From the IMG/VR virus record IMGVR_UViG_3300005611_000020: a stretch of 64,000 bases of DNA; one strand, given 5' to 3'. The notes below the pieces were generated by a model. The model made no database searches, was not told the origin of the DNA, and worked only from the letters and a program-made list of their open reading frames with translations. The position numbers were made by a program, and so were the translations under genes. Below, piece after piece: positions 55,876-64,000 of this stretch; the first letter of the stretch is position 1; each line of letters begins with the position of its first letter. Source of the stretch: an uncultured virus (IMG/VR IMGVR_UViG_3300005611_000020). Lineage: Duplodnaviria; Heunggongvirae; Uroviricota; Caudoviricetes.

Positions 55876-56637
55876 TCAGTCTTGACCTCTTTCCAAAAAT
55901 GCAATTCTTCGTTGTTCAATCATATTGAGAGCTTGTTTTCTATCTTGACCATCAAGCATATCAGCAATGTCTTTTGCTACTTGAAGTCCTTCTTCAAAAC
56001 CGTTTAAGTGGGTGAAGGTTGTTTCTTTTTCTTCAACGGGACCACTGATCAACTTGATGAGGTTCATGGAATTAATAGAATCTTTTGTGAGACCAAAGTA
56101 GCCATCGACAGAATAGTTACGATACTTACCATCCTCATTGATAGCTTCAATAGGCTGAGGTATGTCATTATATACCATGCTAGAAGTGACGCTAGTAATC
56201 TGAAGCTTATCACCGTTAACATTTTCCCACACTTGACCGACTTTGAACTTACACTCAGCAGTTTTCTCTTGAGTAACAGCTTCCATTTCAGATTTCCTGT
56301 CTCTGTTTTCTTCTTTAGCCAGTTCTTTATCAAACTTTTCAGGGAATCTCTTTTGCAGTTTTCTGATATTGGATTCCATGCAATCACTCATTTGAATTTC
56401 AAGAGTGTTACATATCAGAGCAACGTACCAAAGCAAATCGCCTATCTCTTCTTTGAGGTTATCTTCATCGAGAGGTTGAGAATAATACAACCACCTCTTG
56501 AGAGTGTCTGCTATTTCTCCTGACTCACTGGTTAGTCCTAGTATTCCATGAATCAATCGAGATTTGCCATATCCTTCAATTCCCTCAATCATTGATTCAG
56601 TTCGACTAGCTTCGATTTGGTATTGTTCTGGTGTCAT
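55876..56637 (-). CDS. MazG-like nucleotide pyrophosphohydrolase with C-terminal extension
   Basis: LGLTSESGE, EEIGDLLWYVA, NIRKL..RFP. Confidence 0.85.
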   Translation of the reverse strand: MTPEQYQIEASRTESMIEGIEGYGKSRLIHGILGLTSESGEIADTLKRWLYYSQPLDEDNLKEEIGDLLWYVALICNTLEIQMSDCMESNIRKLQKRFPEKFDKELAKEENRDRKSEMEAVTQEKTAECKFKVGQVWENVNGDKLQITSVTSSMVYNDIPQPIEAINEDGKYRNYSVDGYFGLTKDSINSMNLIKLISGPVEEKETTFTHLNGFEEGLQVAKDIADMLDGQDRKQALNMIEQRRIAFLERGQD

Positions 56638-57533
56638 TGGATAATCCCCATTTTCTGGAGTTTGGTAATACACTCTTTACGTTCTCGTTTGTTGGTGAAG
56701 TGTTTCAATTGTTCCTCTTCAACTACCCCTTCGTCTCTACAATAAGCTGACTTCATCATTTCTTGAATTGTTTTGATATCCAAGCCAGTCAGAAACATTC
56801 CATTCAATCGGTAGTCAGTAAAAGCTTCCCATGTCATTGGAAAGAGCTTGGAAACAATCTCATCACCAATGATAGTAGCATAATCTCTGATTTCTTTTTG
56901 AGCGTGCGAATCCATCCTGAGAGAAAGGAAGTGGAGTAGGTTGTGCAGATCAATTTTCCAGTAGGCTTCGGTGTAGGTTGAGAGTGGTAAGTCTTTTCTC
57001 GCCTGTTCTCTGGCAACTCCAGATTTCAACCTTTCCTGATATACTTCTTCTGATCTTTGAAGTAGTCCATTCTCCCTGGCTGTTAGATATTCGCCAGGAT
57101 GTTGGTATCCTGGTATTACGTTTCCATCAGGCCATTCCAAGTTGCCAAACTCGCTTCCCTGTTTGTTGTTACCTGACTGCAATCTCCACCCATCAGGTTC
57201 AGTTCTTTGTTGAGAGTCAATTGCTTCAGAGTATCGAGTTGAGTATTCGTTCACGTTGGCTGTTCGATGGCGAATCCATTGCCGCCAGCAATCCATTGGA
57301 ACTCTGACCCTGAATTTCAGTTCTGCCATTTCAAATGGGGTAGTGTGTCGATGTCTCATCAGGTATCTGATCAGAGTCCTGTCGTCAGAAGGTGTTTTTG
57401 TGCCTTCCCCATAACTGACTCTTGCGGCTTGCACAATTGATGAATCATCTCCCATAACATCAACAAGACATACATGCCCATCATTCAAGACAGAAAATTT
57501 CTTCCACTTCAATTCATTGATAATATCACTCAT
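56634..57533 (-). CDS. thyX: flavin-dependent thymidylate synthase
   Basis: HTTPFE, RQWIRHRTANVNEYSTRY, REQARKDLP, HAQKEIR. Confidence 0.95.
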   Translation of the reverse strand: MSDIINELKWKKFSVLNDGHVCLVDVMGDDSSIVQAARVSYGEGTKTPSDDRTLIRYLMRHRHTTPFEMAELKFRVRVPMDCWRQWIRHRTANVNEYSTRYSEAIDSQQRTEPDGWRLQSGNNKQGSEFGNLEWPDGNVIPGYQHPGEYLTARENGLLQRSEEVYQERLKSGVAREQARKDLPLSTYTEAYWKIDLHNLLHFLSLRMDSHAQKEIRDYATIIGDEIVSKLFPMTWEAFTDYRLNGMFLTGLDIKTIQEMMKSAYCRDEGVVEEEQLKHFTNKRERKECITKLQKMGIIQ

Positions 57534-57775
57534 TCTGAAACCCTTCCTTCCTCAAGTTGAATCGCTCGCAACACAGCGTCACGAGTCTCTCGTAAATCTT
57601 GGAGACAATCTCCCTTTCCACGTAATCCAGCACAGAGCAGTTTTTTGACGGCATGTGCTCTGGCAGGACAAATCACCTCAAAAGCTACCAGCACATCATA
57701 GACGTCGATCTGGATTTTCGCTCCGTCTTTCTCGATTCGTCTCAGATATTTGTTCCCGGAATGACTCTCTGACAT
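57530..57775 (-). CDS. small conserved phage protein
   Basis: IDVYDVL.AF.V..PA..HAVKKLLCAGLRG..D.LQDL.E. Confidence 0.7.
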   Translation of the reverse strand: MSESHSGNKYLRRIEKDGAKIQIDVYDVLVAFEVICPARAHAVKKLLCAGLRGKGDCLQDLRETRDAVLRAIQLEEGRVSE

Positions 57776-57900
57776 CTGTTTCTCCCGATTTCTGACTGAA
57801 AACTGACATCTCTAACAGGCGGCAGGATAACAAATTCCCTGCATCAGAAAGACTTCTTTGATTTTTTCTGAAATTCTTTTCGATTTCTGTCTCGAAAGTC

Positions 57901-57935
57901 TTTACAGAACTCCGATAGACCTTATAGTGGTTCTC
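57901..57935 (+). promoter_or_regulatory. conserved early-type promoter copy
   Basis: TTTACA-N16-TATAGTGGTTCTC with an AT-rich upstream tract. Confidence 0.6.
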
Positions 57936-57981
57936 ATCAGACACGGAAACGACAACTCACCCAACTTCAAGGAGATTCAAA

Positions 57982-58422
57982 ATGGCTACTGAAAAACAAG
58001 TCAATTATGCAATGGCACTACTGGACAAAGCTGGATACTCCACTAAGTGGATGGACGCCAGTTTCAAAAAATTGGGAGCCAGTATGAGAAAAAGGTCGGG
58101 AAAAGTCAGGGAATGGCTTGAAAATATGGAAAAAACAGAAATCAGTAATCTGATTGATCAATTGAAATAGTGACTGTTAATCCAGGAAAAGCAGGAGATT
58201 AAAACGATGACAACTCTTGAAATCAGGCAATGGGAGATTGACAGGATGATTGGTAATACTGAGACGACAGTAATCGGACGCAACGGATACGAATACGACG
58301 CACAGCACATTAGCGGCAACCTGTTCATCGTTGGCAAGTTTATTGTCCGAGTGACTGAAGGCAAATGTGAAAAAACCATCTGCCGAGCAACAAAGGCCAA
58401 CGTCAAAAGGCTGGCAAAATAA
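57982..58422 (+). CDS. two small hypothetical proteins (57982-58170, 58207-58422)
   Basis: AGGAG RBSs; the first begins ATEKQ.NY. Confidence 0.65.
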
Positions 58423-58433
58423 TTAAGCAACTG

Positions 58434-58468
58434 CCTGCCTTGAATGTTTCAGGGCAGGTTCTTTTTTT
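58434..58468 (+). terminator. intrinsic terminator
   Basis: CCTGCCTTGAA/TTCAGGGCAGG stem followed by TTCTTTTTTT. Confidence 0.65.
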
Positions 58469-58491
58469 CTTTTCAATGGGAGAGTGCTGAA

Positions 58492-59835
58492 ATGGTGAAG
58501 CGAACGAAAAAATCTGGCGGAGCGGCAACAAAATCCTCAAAGGCTGACGCTGTCTACCCTGACATCACAGCAGAGATGCGGCATGAGGGTCGGGCTTTGA
58601 GTGTCGATGAAGTCAAGGAGCTTCTCGGGTGGACTGAGGAACCTGACGATGAGGATTGGGGCAAGGATTACCAACTGAAGGATCGTTACAACAAGAAAAT
58701 CCGACTGAGCAACAATCCAATCAATCGACCGATCAAACATGCCATCGCTGATCGGTATGCTTTGGAATTTCTTCGGCGTGTCTGGCAGTTCAATGGCCAG
58801 TCTGTCGTATTTTCTAAGCATGGCCGTCTCTTGGATGGTCAACATCGTCTGGTCGGATTTGTTCTTGCTGAACAGGAGCGGCACATCAATCAGAATAAGT
58901 GGGGCGAAGAGCCTCTGAAAATGGAAGTGCTCTTGGCATTTGGTTTTGATGAGGATCAGAAAACTGCTGATTCTTATGATACTGGTCAGCCTCGATCGCT
59001 CGCTGATGTTGTTTATCGTCATCATAAATTTGACGGTAAAGAGCATACGGAACTTGACTCTGTCAGTCGCCATCTGGCTACTGCTCTACGTCTGGTCTGG
59101 CTTCGGTCTGGTGGTCTGACTGTCAGTAGTGCTCCGAAATTTCCTCACTCTGAAGCAATGACATTTTATGAATCACATCCACTGATTCTCGACAGTATCA
59201 AATTCATTCTGGATGCTGACTTCGGAGATGGTGAGAAATCAGAGAAATTGCTCAAGCCATTTATTTCAATTCCATATGCAGCTGCTCTGCACTATCTGAT
59301 GAGTGATGTCAATTCCCAGAAAGCAGATGATTTCTGGAATGACGTCGCTCGCGGTGAAGGATTGTCGAAAGACGATCCTGCTTATTCTCTTCGTAATTAC
59401 CTCAACAAAGTTGAGGGTGGTAGTGGTAAGGGCAGAGACAAGAAAGTGACTGCTATCATCAAAGCGTGGCTGGCCTATGTTAATGAAGAGAAATTGACTG
59501 CTGCTCAGGTGAAGCCTAAGCAGAAAAAAGATGATGAAGGAAAATTCAAGCTTGCTGAATTTCCTCGCATTGGTGGAATCGATGCTGAACCAGAAGCTCC
59601 AGAAGAACTGGAAAAACGCGAGCAACTGATTCTGTCAGCTCTGGCTGATTTCTCGGGTGAAGATGTCACCTATGAGAATTTGTCAGAGTCAACAGGACTA
59701 ACCAAAGCAACCTGCAAACGTATATGCAATGAGGGCTTGCTTGATTCTGGTTATGTGGCCACGCAGGTTGATGAAGAAACGGGAGAAACAGTCTCAGCAA
59801 CTCCAAAAGGTATCAGTCAGGTTCGTTCTGCTTAA
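58492..59835 (+). CDS. DGQHR/ParB-like domain protein with C-terminal winged helix (paralog 2)
   Basis: WQFNGQSV, LLDGQHRL; C-terminal TYENLSESTGLTKAT. Confidence 0.7.
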   Translation: MVKRTKKSGGAATKSSKADAVYPDITAEMRHEGRALSVDEVKELLGWTEEPDDEDWGKDYQLKDRYNKKIRLSNNPINRPIKHAIADRYALEFLRRVWQFNGQSVVFSKHGRLLDGQHRLVGFVLAEQERHINQNKWGEEPLKMEVLLAFGFDEDQKTADSYDTGQPRSLADVVYRHHKFDGKEHTELDSVSRHLATALRLVWLRSGGLTVSSAPKFPHSEAMTFYESHPLILDSIKFILDADFGDGEKSEKLLKPFISIPYAAALHYLMSDVNSQKADDFWNDVARGEGLSKDDPAYSLRNYLNKVEGGSGKGRDKKVTAIIKAWLAYVNEEKLTAAQVKPKQKKDDEGKFKLAEFPRIGGIDAEPEAPEELEKREQLILSALADFSGEDVTYENLSESTGLTKATCKRICNEGLLDSGYVATQVDEETGETVSATPKGISQVRSA

Positions 59836-59863
59836 TCACTGAACAAACTTGATTCCACGTTAG

Positions 59864-59896
59864 AAGCCCCTCAGAACTCATCTGAGGGGCTTTTTT
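59864..59896 (+). terminator. intrinsic terminator between convergent genes
   Basis: AAGCCCCTCAGA/TCTGAGGGGCTT stem followed by a T tract. Confidence 0.8.
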
Positions 59897-59967
59897 CGTA
59901 GACATAGGATTTATCCTGTTTGGGATTCGAAGCTGTTAGATATCAAATTTGAGGCTCTGGAGATGCT

Positions 59968-60501
59968 TCAGGGATCAATGAATTCAACTGGAATGCCTAA
60001 CTCGCGAGCAATGCCTCTTTCTGCTTTGACACCTTCTGACTCCTGCCAACCTTCCTGCCTCAGAATCAACATCTTATAACACTTAGAAAGCATCAATCTA
60101 TCGAACTCCTGCCAGAAATCCCAGCATTTGGGTAGGTCGCCAGCCAACGCAATCGGATGCGTATGACTGATCGGGCTATAGACGTGTTCGCCAGCCAGCA
60201 TCAGTGAGGCAGCAACCCGGTTCACAACCTCAAAACGTTCCTGCCTGATTGCCGGATCTTCGTGGCTGTAAGGTGTTGCCAAATAGATCAAACTTCTAAT
60301 GTTTGATTTTCTAACACTAAGAACTAGGTCAGCAAGTCCCAAACAAACATCATCAAAATCTTTTAACGTTACCTCACCAGTCTCCAACATTCCCAAAAAA
60401 CAAACTAGAGTGTGTTTACTAGGGCATGTGTTTGAATCATTGGATAAGTAAGACCTAATTAAGTCTTGAGATTTATTCACTATCAACATCCCTTTCAGCA
60501 A
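59968..60501 (-). CDS. DUF1937 / nucleoside deoxyribosyltransferase-like domain protein
   Basis: IYLATPYSH, VYSPISHTH, GWQESEGVKAE. Confidence 0.8.
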   Translation of the reverse strand: MLKGMLIVNKSQDLIRSYLSNDSNTCPSKHTLVCFLGMLETGEVTLKDFDDVCLGLADLVLSVRKSNIRSLIYLATPYSHEDPAIRQERFEVVNRVAASLMLAGEHVYSPISHTHPIALAGDLPKCWDFWQEFDRLMLSKCYKMLILRQEGWQESEGVKAERGIARELGIPVEFIDP

Positions 60502-61549
60502 TGAACTTCAAATTCTTTGCAGCGATATTGTAGTAGGATTCTTTCAACTCAATTCCTACGAATCGTCTGCCTAATCGGAGTGACTCCCACCCCTCACTAC
60601 CAATCCCCATAAATGGACTGAGCACTACATCACCGGGATTACTCCATAGCTGTAAGCAACGCTCAATTACTGGCAACTGTAGAGGGCAGATATGTTTTTC
60701 ATCTTCTTCGTCTCTGGCATCAACATATCGGAGTGTGTCACCCTCTCGAATATCCATCCACACTGGAGACGCATATCTCTGCCATGTATCAATGGATAAA
60801 TTCTGAGGCTCAAATTCATCAGTCCCGTTGTAGTAAAGAAATTCTCCCTCAATTGGCTCTGGATTATCGCCAGGCTTCCTGAAGGTGAGAAGGTAGTCGG
60901 GAATTCCCATTCTGGAGTGGGATGAGTCTTTTACCAATTGCTTGTGGAGTAAGCCTTTGGCATGAGTTCTTACCATCGCAACAACAGGATTCTTCCAGAT
61001 ACATACTTCGCTGTGAAATATGAATCCTGATGACTGGAACAATCGAATCAAATCCCCCCTGAAGTCCTTAATTCCAATGTAGCCATCACGTGACTTCAGG
61101 GAAGGGATATTCATACAATGAACACATACAAGACGACCTTTCATCGTGATTCGAAAGAGTGTGTCTGAGATATATTTGAAGTGTTCCATGAACTCGACAT
61201 CATCTCGACAGTTTCCCAAGTCTCTCTCTGTAGCTGTGTAGGTGTAGAGAGATGAGAAAGGCGGGGAGAAGATTGAGAGTCCTACAGAGTTATCCTTAAA
61301 AGAATTCAGGACTTCTACACTGTCTCCATTCATCACCAGATATTGATCATCATATTCTGGCTTTGATAAGAGCTTTGCACCTTCAATAACTGACTTCCAA
61401 TCTGTTGTTCCTTCATACTTTGCAAGTCTCTTACGTGTAACACTTGACCTTTCTGGATGCTTTTTATCCTTTTGTTTCTTGGCAGGTGTTTTGGTGGACA
61501 CCTTAGACACTTTTGAAATCTTTGTTTGACGCTTGACTTTTTTAGGCAT
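60473..61549 (-). CDS. N4-C/N6-A DNA methyltransferase (beta class)
   Basis: FSPPF, HICPLQL, VLSPFMGIGSEG. Confidence 0.9.
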   Translation of the reverse strand: MPKKVKRQTKISKVSKVSTKTPAKKQKDKKHPERSSVTRKRLAKYEGTTDWKSVIEGAKLLSKPEYDDQYLVMNGDSVEVLNSFKDNSVGLSIFSPPFSSLYTYTATERDLGNCRDDVEFMEHFKYISDTLFRITMKGRLVCVHCMNIPSLKSRDGYIGIKDFRGDLIRLFQSSGFIFHSEVCIWKNPVVAMVRTHAKGLLHKQLVKDSSHSRMGIPDYLLTFRKPGDNPEPIEGEFLYYNGTDEFEPQNLSIDTWQRYASPVWMDIREGDTLRYVDARDEEDEKHICPLQLPVIERCLQLWSNPGDVVLSPFMGIGSEGWESLRLGRRFVGIELKESYYNIAAKNLKFIAERDVDSE

Positions 61550-61550
61550 T

Positions 61551-62936
61551 TCAAAATCCATATTGAGGGTCATAACTTACCTGGTTTGTTTCTACTCCGA
61601 ACATCTCACTTCTGACTCTGTCAATCATGTATCCCACCATCGCATCACACATCTCTTCAAGCTGATTCTGCTTTCTCATGACATTATCAACGATTGCCAG
61701 TTCCTTATCTGTCACAATGATATAGACATCAACAGGCTTTGTTTGGCCAAAGCGATAACATCTCCTAACTGCCTGATAGAATGCCTCAAAAGAGTGAGAT
61801 AGTCCAAGGAACACCATCTTACAACAATGCTGCCAGTTCATCCCAAACCCTGCAATCTTTGGCTTTGTTATCAGCCTGTCAAATTCCTGTTTGGAGAATC
61901 CTCTCATTCTGGCCGCTTTGACATTAGGTGGTAAACTCCCGGTGACTTCTACTGCATTAACTTCTAGAGATCCTTTTTCTGACTCATCATTCAAATCACA
62001 CCATACAATCCAAGGTTCATCATCTGTAATGATGGATTTCATTTTCTCAATGCGAGAATCGACAGAAAGTTTTCGGATCCTTCTTTGTGCTGTTAGTGTC
62101 TTTGCCTCATCACCATCACTGGGAACAGTAACAACATGAATGTTCAATCCGGGAAGGTCATAACCATCATTTGAGTATCCTAAGTCTGAAGGCTTACGAA
62201 TGACCAATGCCCAGGATGACATCCAATGCCAGAAATCCTGATGTGCATGTCCTTTTAGTCTCCATTTACTGGTATCACCTGAATCGTGGATGAAGTATGT
62301 AGACAGCATCTCAGTTCTACTCATCGCATTCAAAAACTCTGCCTGATTACCTAACTCCATATGATCATTCGGTGATGGTGTCGCTGAGCAAGCCAGTTTG
62401 TATTTTACCTTTTTGAAATTCTTGCAGAGAAGGTTTCGATACTTACCATCAAATGACTTGAGTATTGATGCTTCATCCAGAGCTAACCCTGAAAAACACT
62501 TAGGGTTGAAGTAGTGAAGTCTTTCATAGTTTGTGATGTTGATTCCTTGACCAACATCCCTCATTGACTTGCAATCAAAGATAGGTGTCTGAATTTCAAA
62601 TTTCTGATGCTCCTCAATAGTCTGTCTTTTTACAGCCAAGGGAGCACATAGCAACACAGGTTTCTGCGTGTGCTGCACAACCTGATGACACCACTCTAAC
62701 TGCTGAAGAGTCTTACCCAAGCCAGTATCTTCAAAGAGTCCTGCTCGCCCTCTTCGACAAGCCCATCGAATACAGTGTTTCTGCCATTCAAAAGTATTGC
62801 TGTTAATATCATCCAATTGAATTTCAAACCCAGAAGATGAAACGACAGACTTCTTTTTTCTCAGAAACTCAGCATAAGCTTTTCCTTGATCACTTGAAGA
62901 TTCTTTTTCTGATCGTTTGGTCTTTACTCGTTTCAT
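61551..62936 (-). CDS. SNF2-like SF2 helicase
   Basis: DTGLGKTLQQ, LDEASILK, SATPSPND, YQAVRRCYRFGQ. Confidence 0.9.
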   Translation of the reverse strand: MKRVKTKRSEKESSSDQGKAYAEFLRKKKSVVSSSGFEIQLDDINSNTFEWQKHCIRWACRRGRAGLFEDTGLGKTLQQLEWCHQVVQHTQKPVLLCAPLAVKRQTIEEHQKFEIQTPIFDCKSMRDVGQGINITNYERLHYFNPKCFSGLALDEASILKSFDGKYRNLLCKNFKKVKYKLACSATPSPNDHMELGNQAEFLNAMSRTEMLSTYFIHDSGDTSKWRLKGHAHQDFWHWMSSWALVIRKPSDLGYSNDGYDLPGLNIHVVTVPSDGDEAKTLTAQRRIRKLSVDSRIEKMKSIITDDEPWIVWCDLNDESEKGSLEVNAVEVTGSLPPNVKAARMRGFSKQEFDRLITKPKIAGFGMNWQHCCKMVFLGLSHSFEAFYQAVRRCYRFGQTKPVDVYIIVTDKELAIVDNVMRKQNQLEEMCDAMVGYMIDRVRSEMFGVETNQVSYDPQYGF

Positions 62937-64000
62937 ACTGTTTGATCCACCTGACTCCAATTGTTTCTATGAATGTCAACTCCACATGTGAGTTTGACGC
63001 CAATACATTCTCCCATTGACTCCATCAATCGTTTCACCTTTCGGAGTCGTGACTTCCACGGTCCATTCTCTGGAAACTCAAAAACGATTTCGTCATGCAC
63101 ATCCATAACAATTCGCCATCCCTTGAATTGTTTGATGTACTCCTGACATTTAATCATCGCTCGCATTTTTACCCAACAAGCGGTTCCTTGTACGTGGTAG
63201 TTTAGTGGCACTGTCGGAAGAACTTTTCCCCATTTGGATTTTTCACATTGCAAAGGATAACCGTGATCAGGATCAATCTCTCTGTCTGGCAATGTCTCGA
63301 CGTAGCCATGAGCATTAGCAAAATCGATGTACTTCTGATTGAGTTTACTTTTCTCTTGGAGCTTACCAGCAATGATTGACTGAGCACCTGGAACATGGAA
63401 TGCCTTATCGGCTGTGCCTAATCCATCTGGTCTGTCAACTGCTCCATAGAGTTCGGCGAAGTTACCATTTTTGGTCCACTGGTAGAGACTGGATTTATAT
63501 TCTTTTCTGAATAGTTCTCCAGCTCCGTCTGGGCCTGCTGATTTGATACATGATTTCCACTCAACCACATGGAGAATAGAAGCAATAAGGAGATGGTAAG
63601 AGCCAAAGAAAGGAGATTTTTCTGGATACTCAAAAAGCTCCAGCATCGCAGGTTCTCTGGATTCATAGGCAGGGATTCGCAACTCAAGGTTGTCGTAGTC
63701 AATAGAAGCCCAAAGATAATCACGAGGAGGACCAAAAATGTATCTAAGGGAATGCTCATGGACTTGGGCCTGTTTGCTGATTTGTTGTTGGTTAGGATTC
63801 TGACTTGAGGTACGAAGTGTTTTTGTGCCTGTCAAATTCAATGATGAATGCAAGACAACAGTATATTCCTCTTCCGTTGGTAGCATGAACTTCGCATATG
63901 AGTCCATGTAACCAAGAGCAGTTCCCAGCTTGCTTCTGATGTCAAGAGCCTGAATGAATCTTTGTCTTACTCCTGTCTCTGTCAGGATGTAATGCTGCTT
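62933..64000 (-). CDS. DNA polymerase family A, C-terminal polymerase domain (open to window end)
   Basis: TLRTSSQNPNQQQI, DYDNLELR, KNGNFAELYG, NYHVQGTA, VHDEI. Confidence 0.92.
   Translation of the reverse strand, partial: KQHYILTETGVRQRFIQALDIRSKLGTALGYMDSYAKFMLPTEEEYTVVLHSSLNLTGTKTLRTSSQNPNQQQISKQAQVHEHSLRYIFGPPRDYLWASIDYDNLELRIPAYESREPAMLELFEYPEKSPFFGSYHLLIASILHVVEWKSCIKSAGPDGAGELFRKEYKSSLYQWTKNGNFAELYGAVDRPDGLGTADKAFHVPGAQSIIAGKLQEKSKLNQKYIDFANAHGYVETLPDREIDPDHGYPLQCEKSKWGKVLPTVPLNYHVQGTACWVKMRAMIKCQEYIKQFKGWRIVMDVHDEIVFEFPENGPWKSRLRKVKRLMESMGECIGVKLTCGVDIHRNNWSQVDQTV

Noticed and set aside
56008..59625. Long antisense ORFs (56008-56523, 58537-59073, 59266-59625)
   Set aside because: Shadows of MazG and the DGQHR gene with no motifs
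1..64000. CRISPR array, integrase, rRNA or stop-codon reassignment
   Set aside because: No repeat-spacer array, recombinase motif or rRNA was seen. Genes are full length in the standard code and all three stop codons are used.

Overview
The window is almost the whole genome of a tailed dsDNA phage (siphovirus-like, long tape measure). A family A DNA polymerase is split across the two window ends (N-terminus at 1-287, C-terminus at 62933-64000), so the genome is probably circular or permuted and only slightly longer than 64 kb. CsrA, RimI and the UvrD N-terminal domain resemble Planctomycetota proteins as I recall them; this is inference, not a search result. Most genes are on the minus strand: replication and nucleotide metabolism, packaging and head, an unusual lysis-position cassette, tail, and a glycosyltransferase/radical SAM/methyltransferase cluster. 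Two plus-strand early-type islands (8.6-14.9 kb and 58-59.8 kb) sit behind a shared promoter motif. The most striking feature is a 306-aa intein in the head morphogenesis gene. Its interior has no recognisable nuclease on the sense strand, but the antisense strand encodes a complete HTH plus Vsr/DUF559-like endonuclease, nested inside the intein with its own candidate promoter and RBS. Also notable are two pseudoknotted type II hammerhead ribozymes, two tRNA-shaped RNAs with aberrant anticodon arms, and an attC-like cassette. No integrase, CRISPR array or rRNA was seen. All family calls come from reading motifs by eye.
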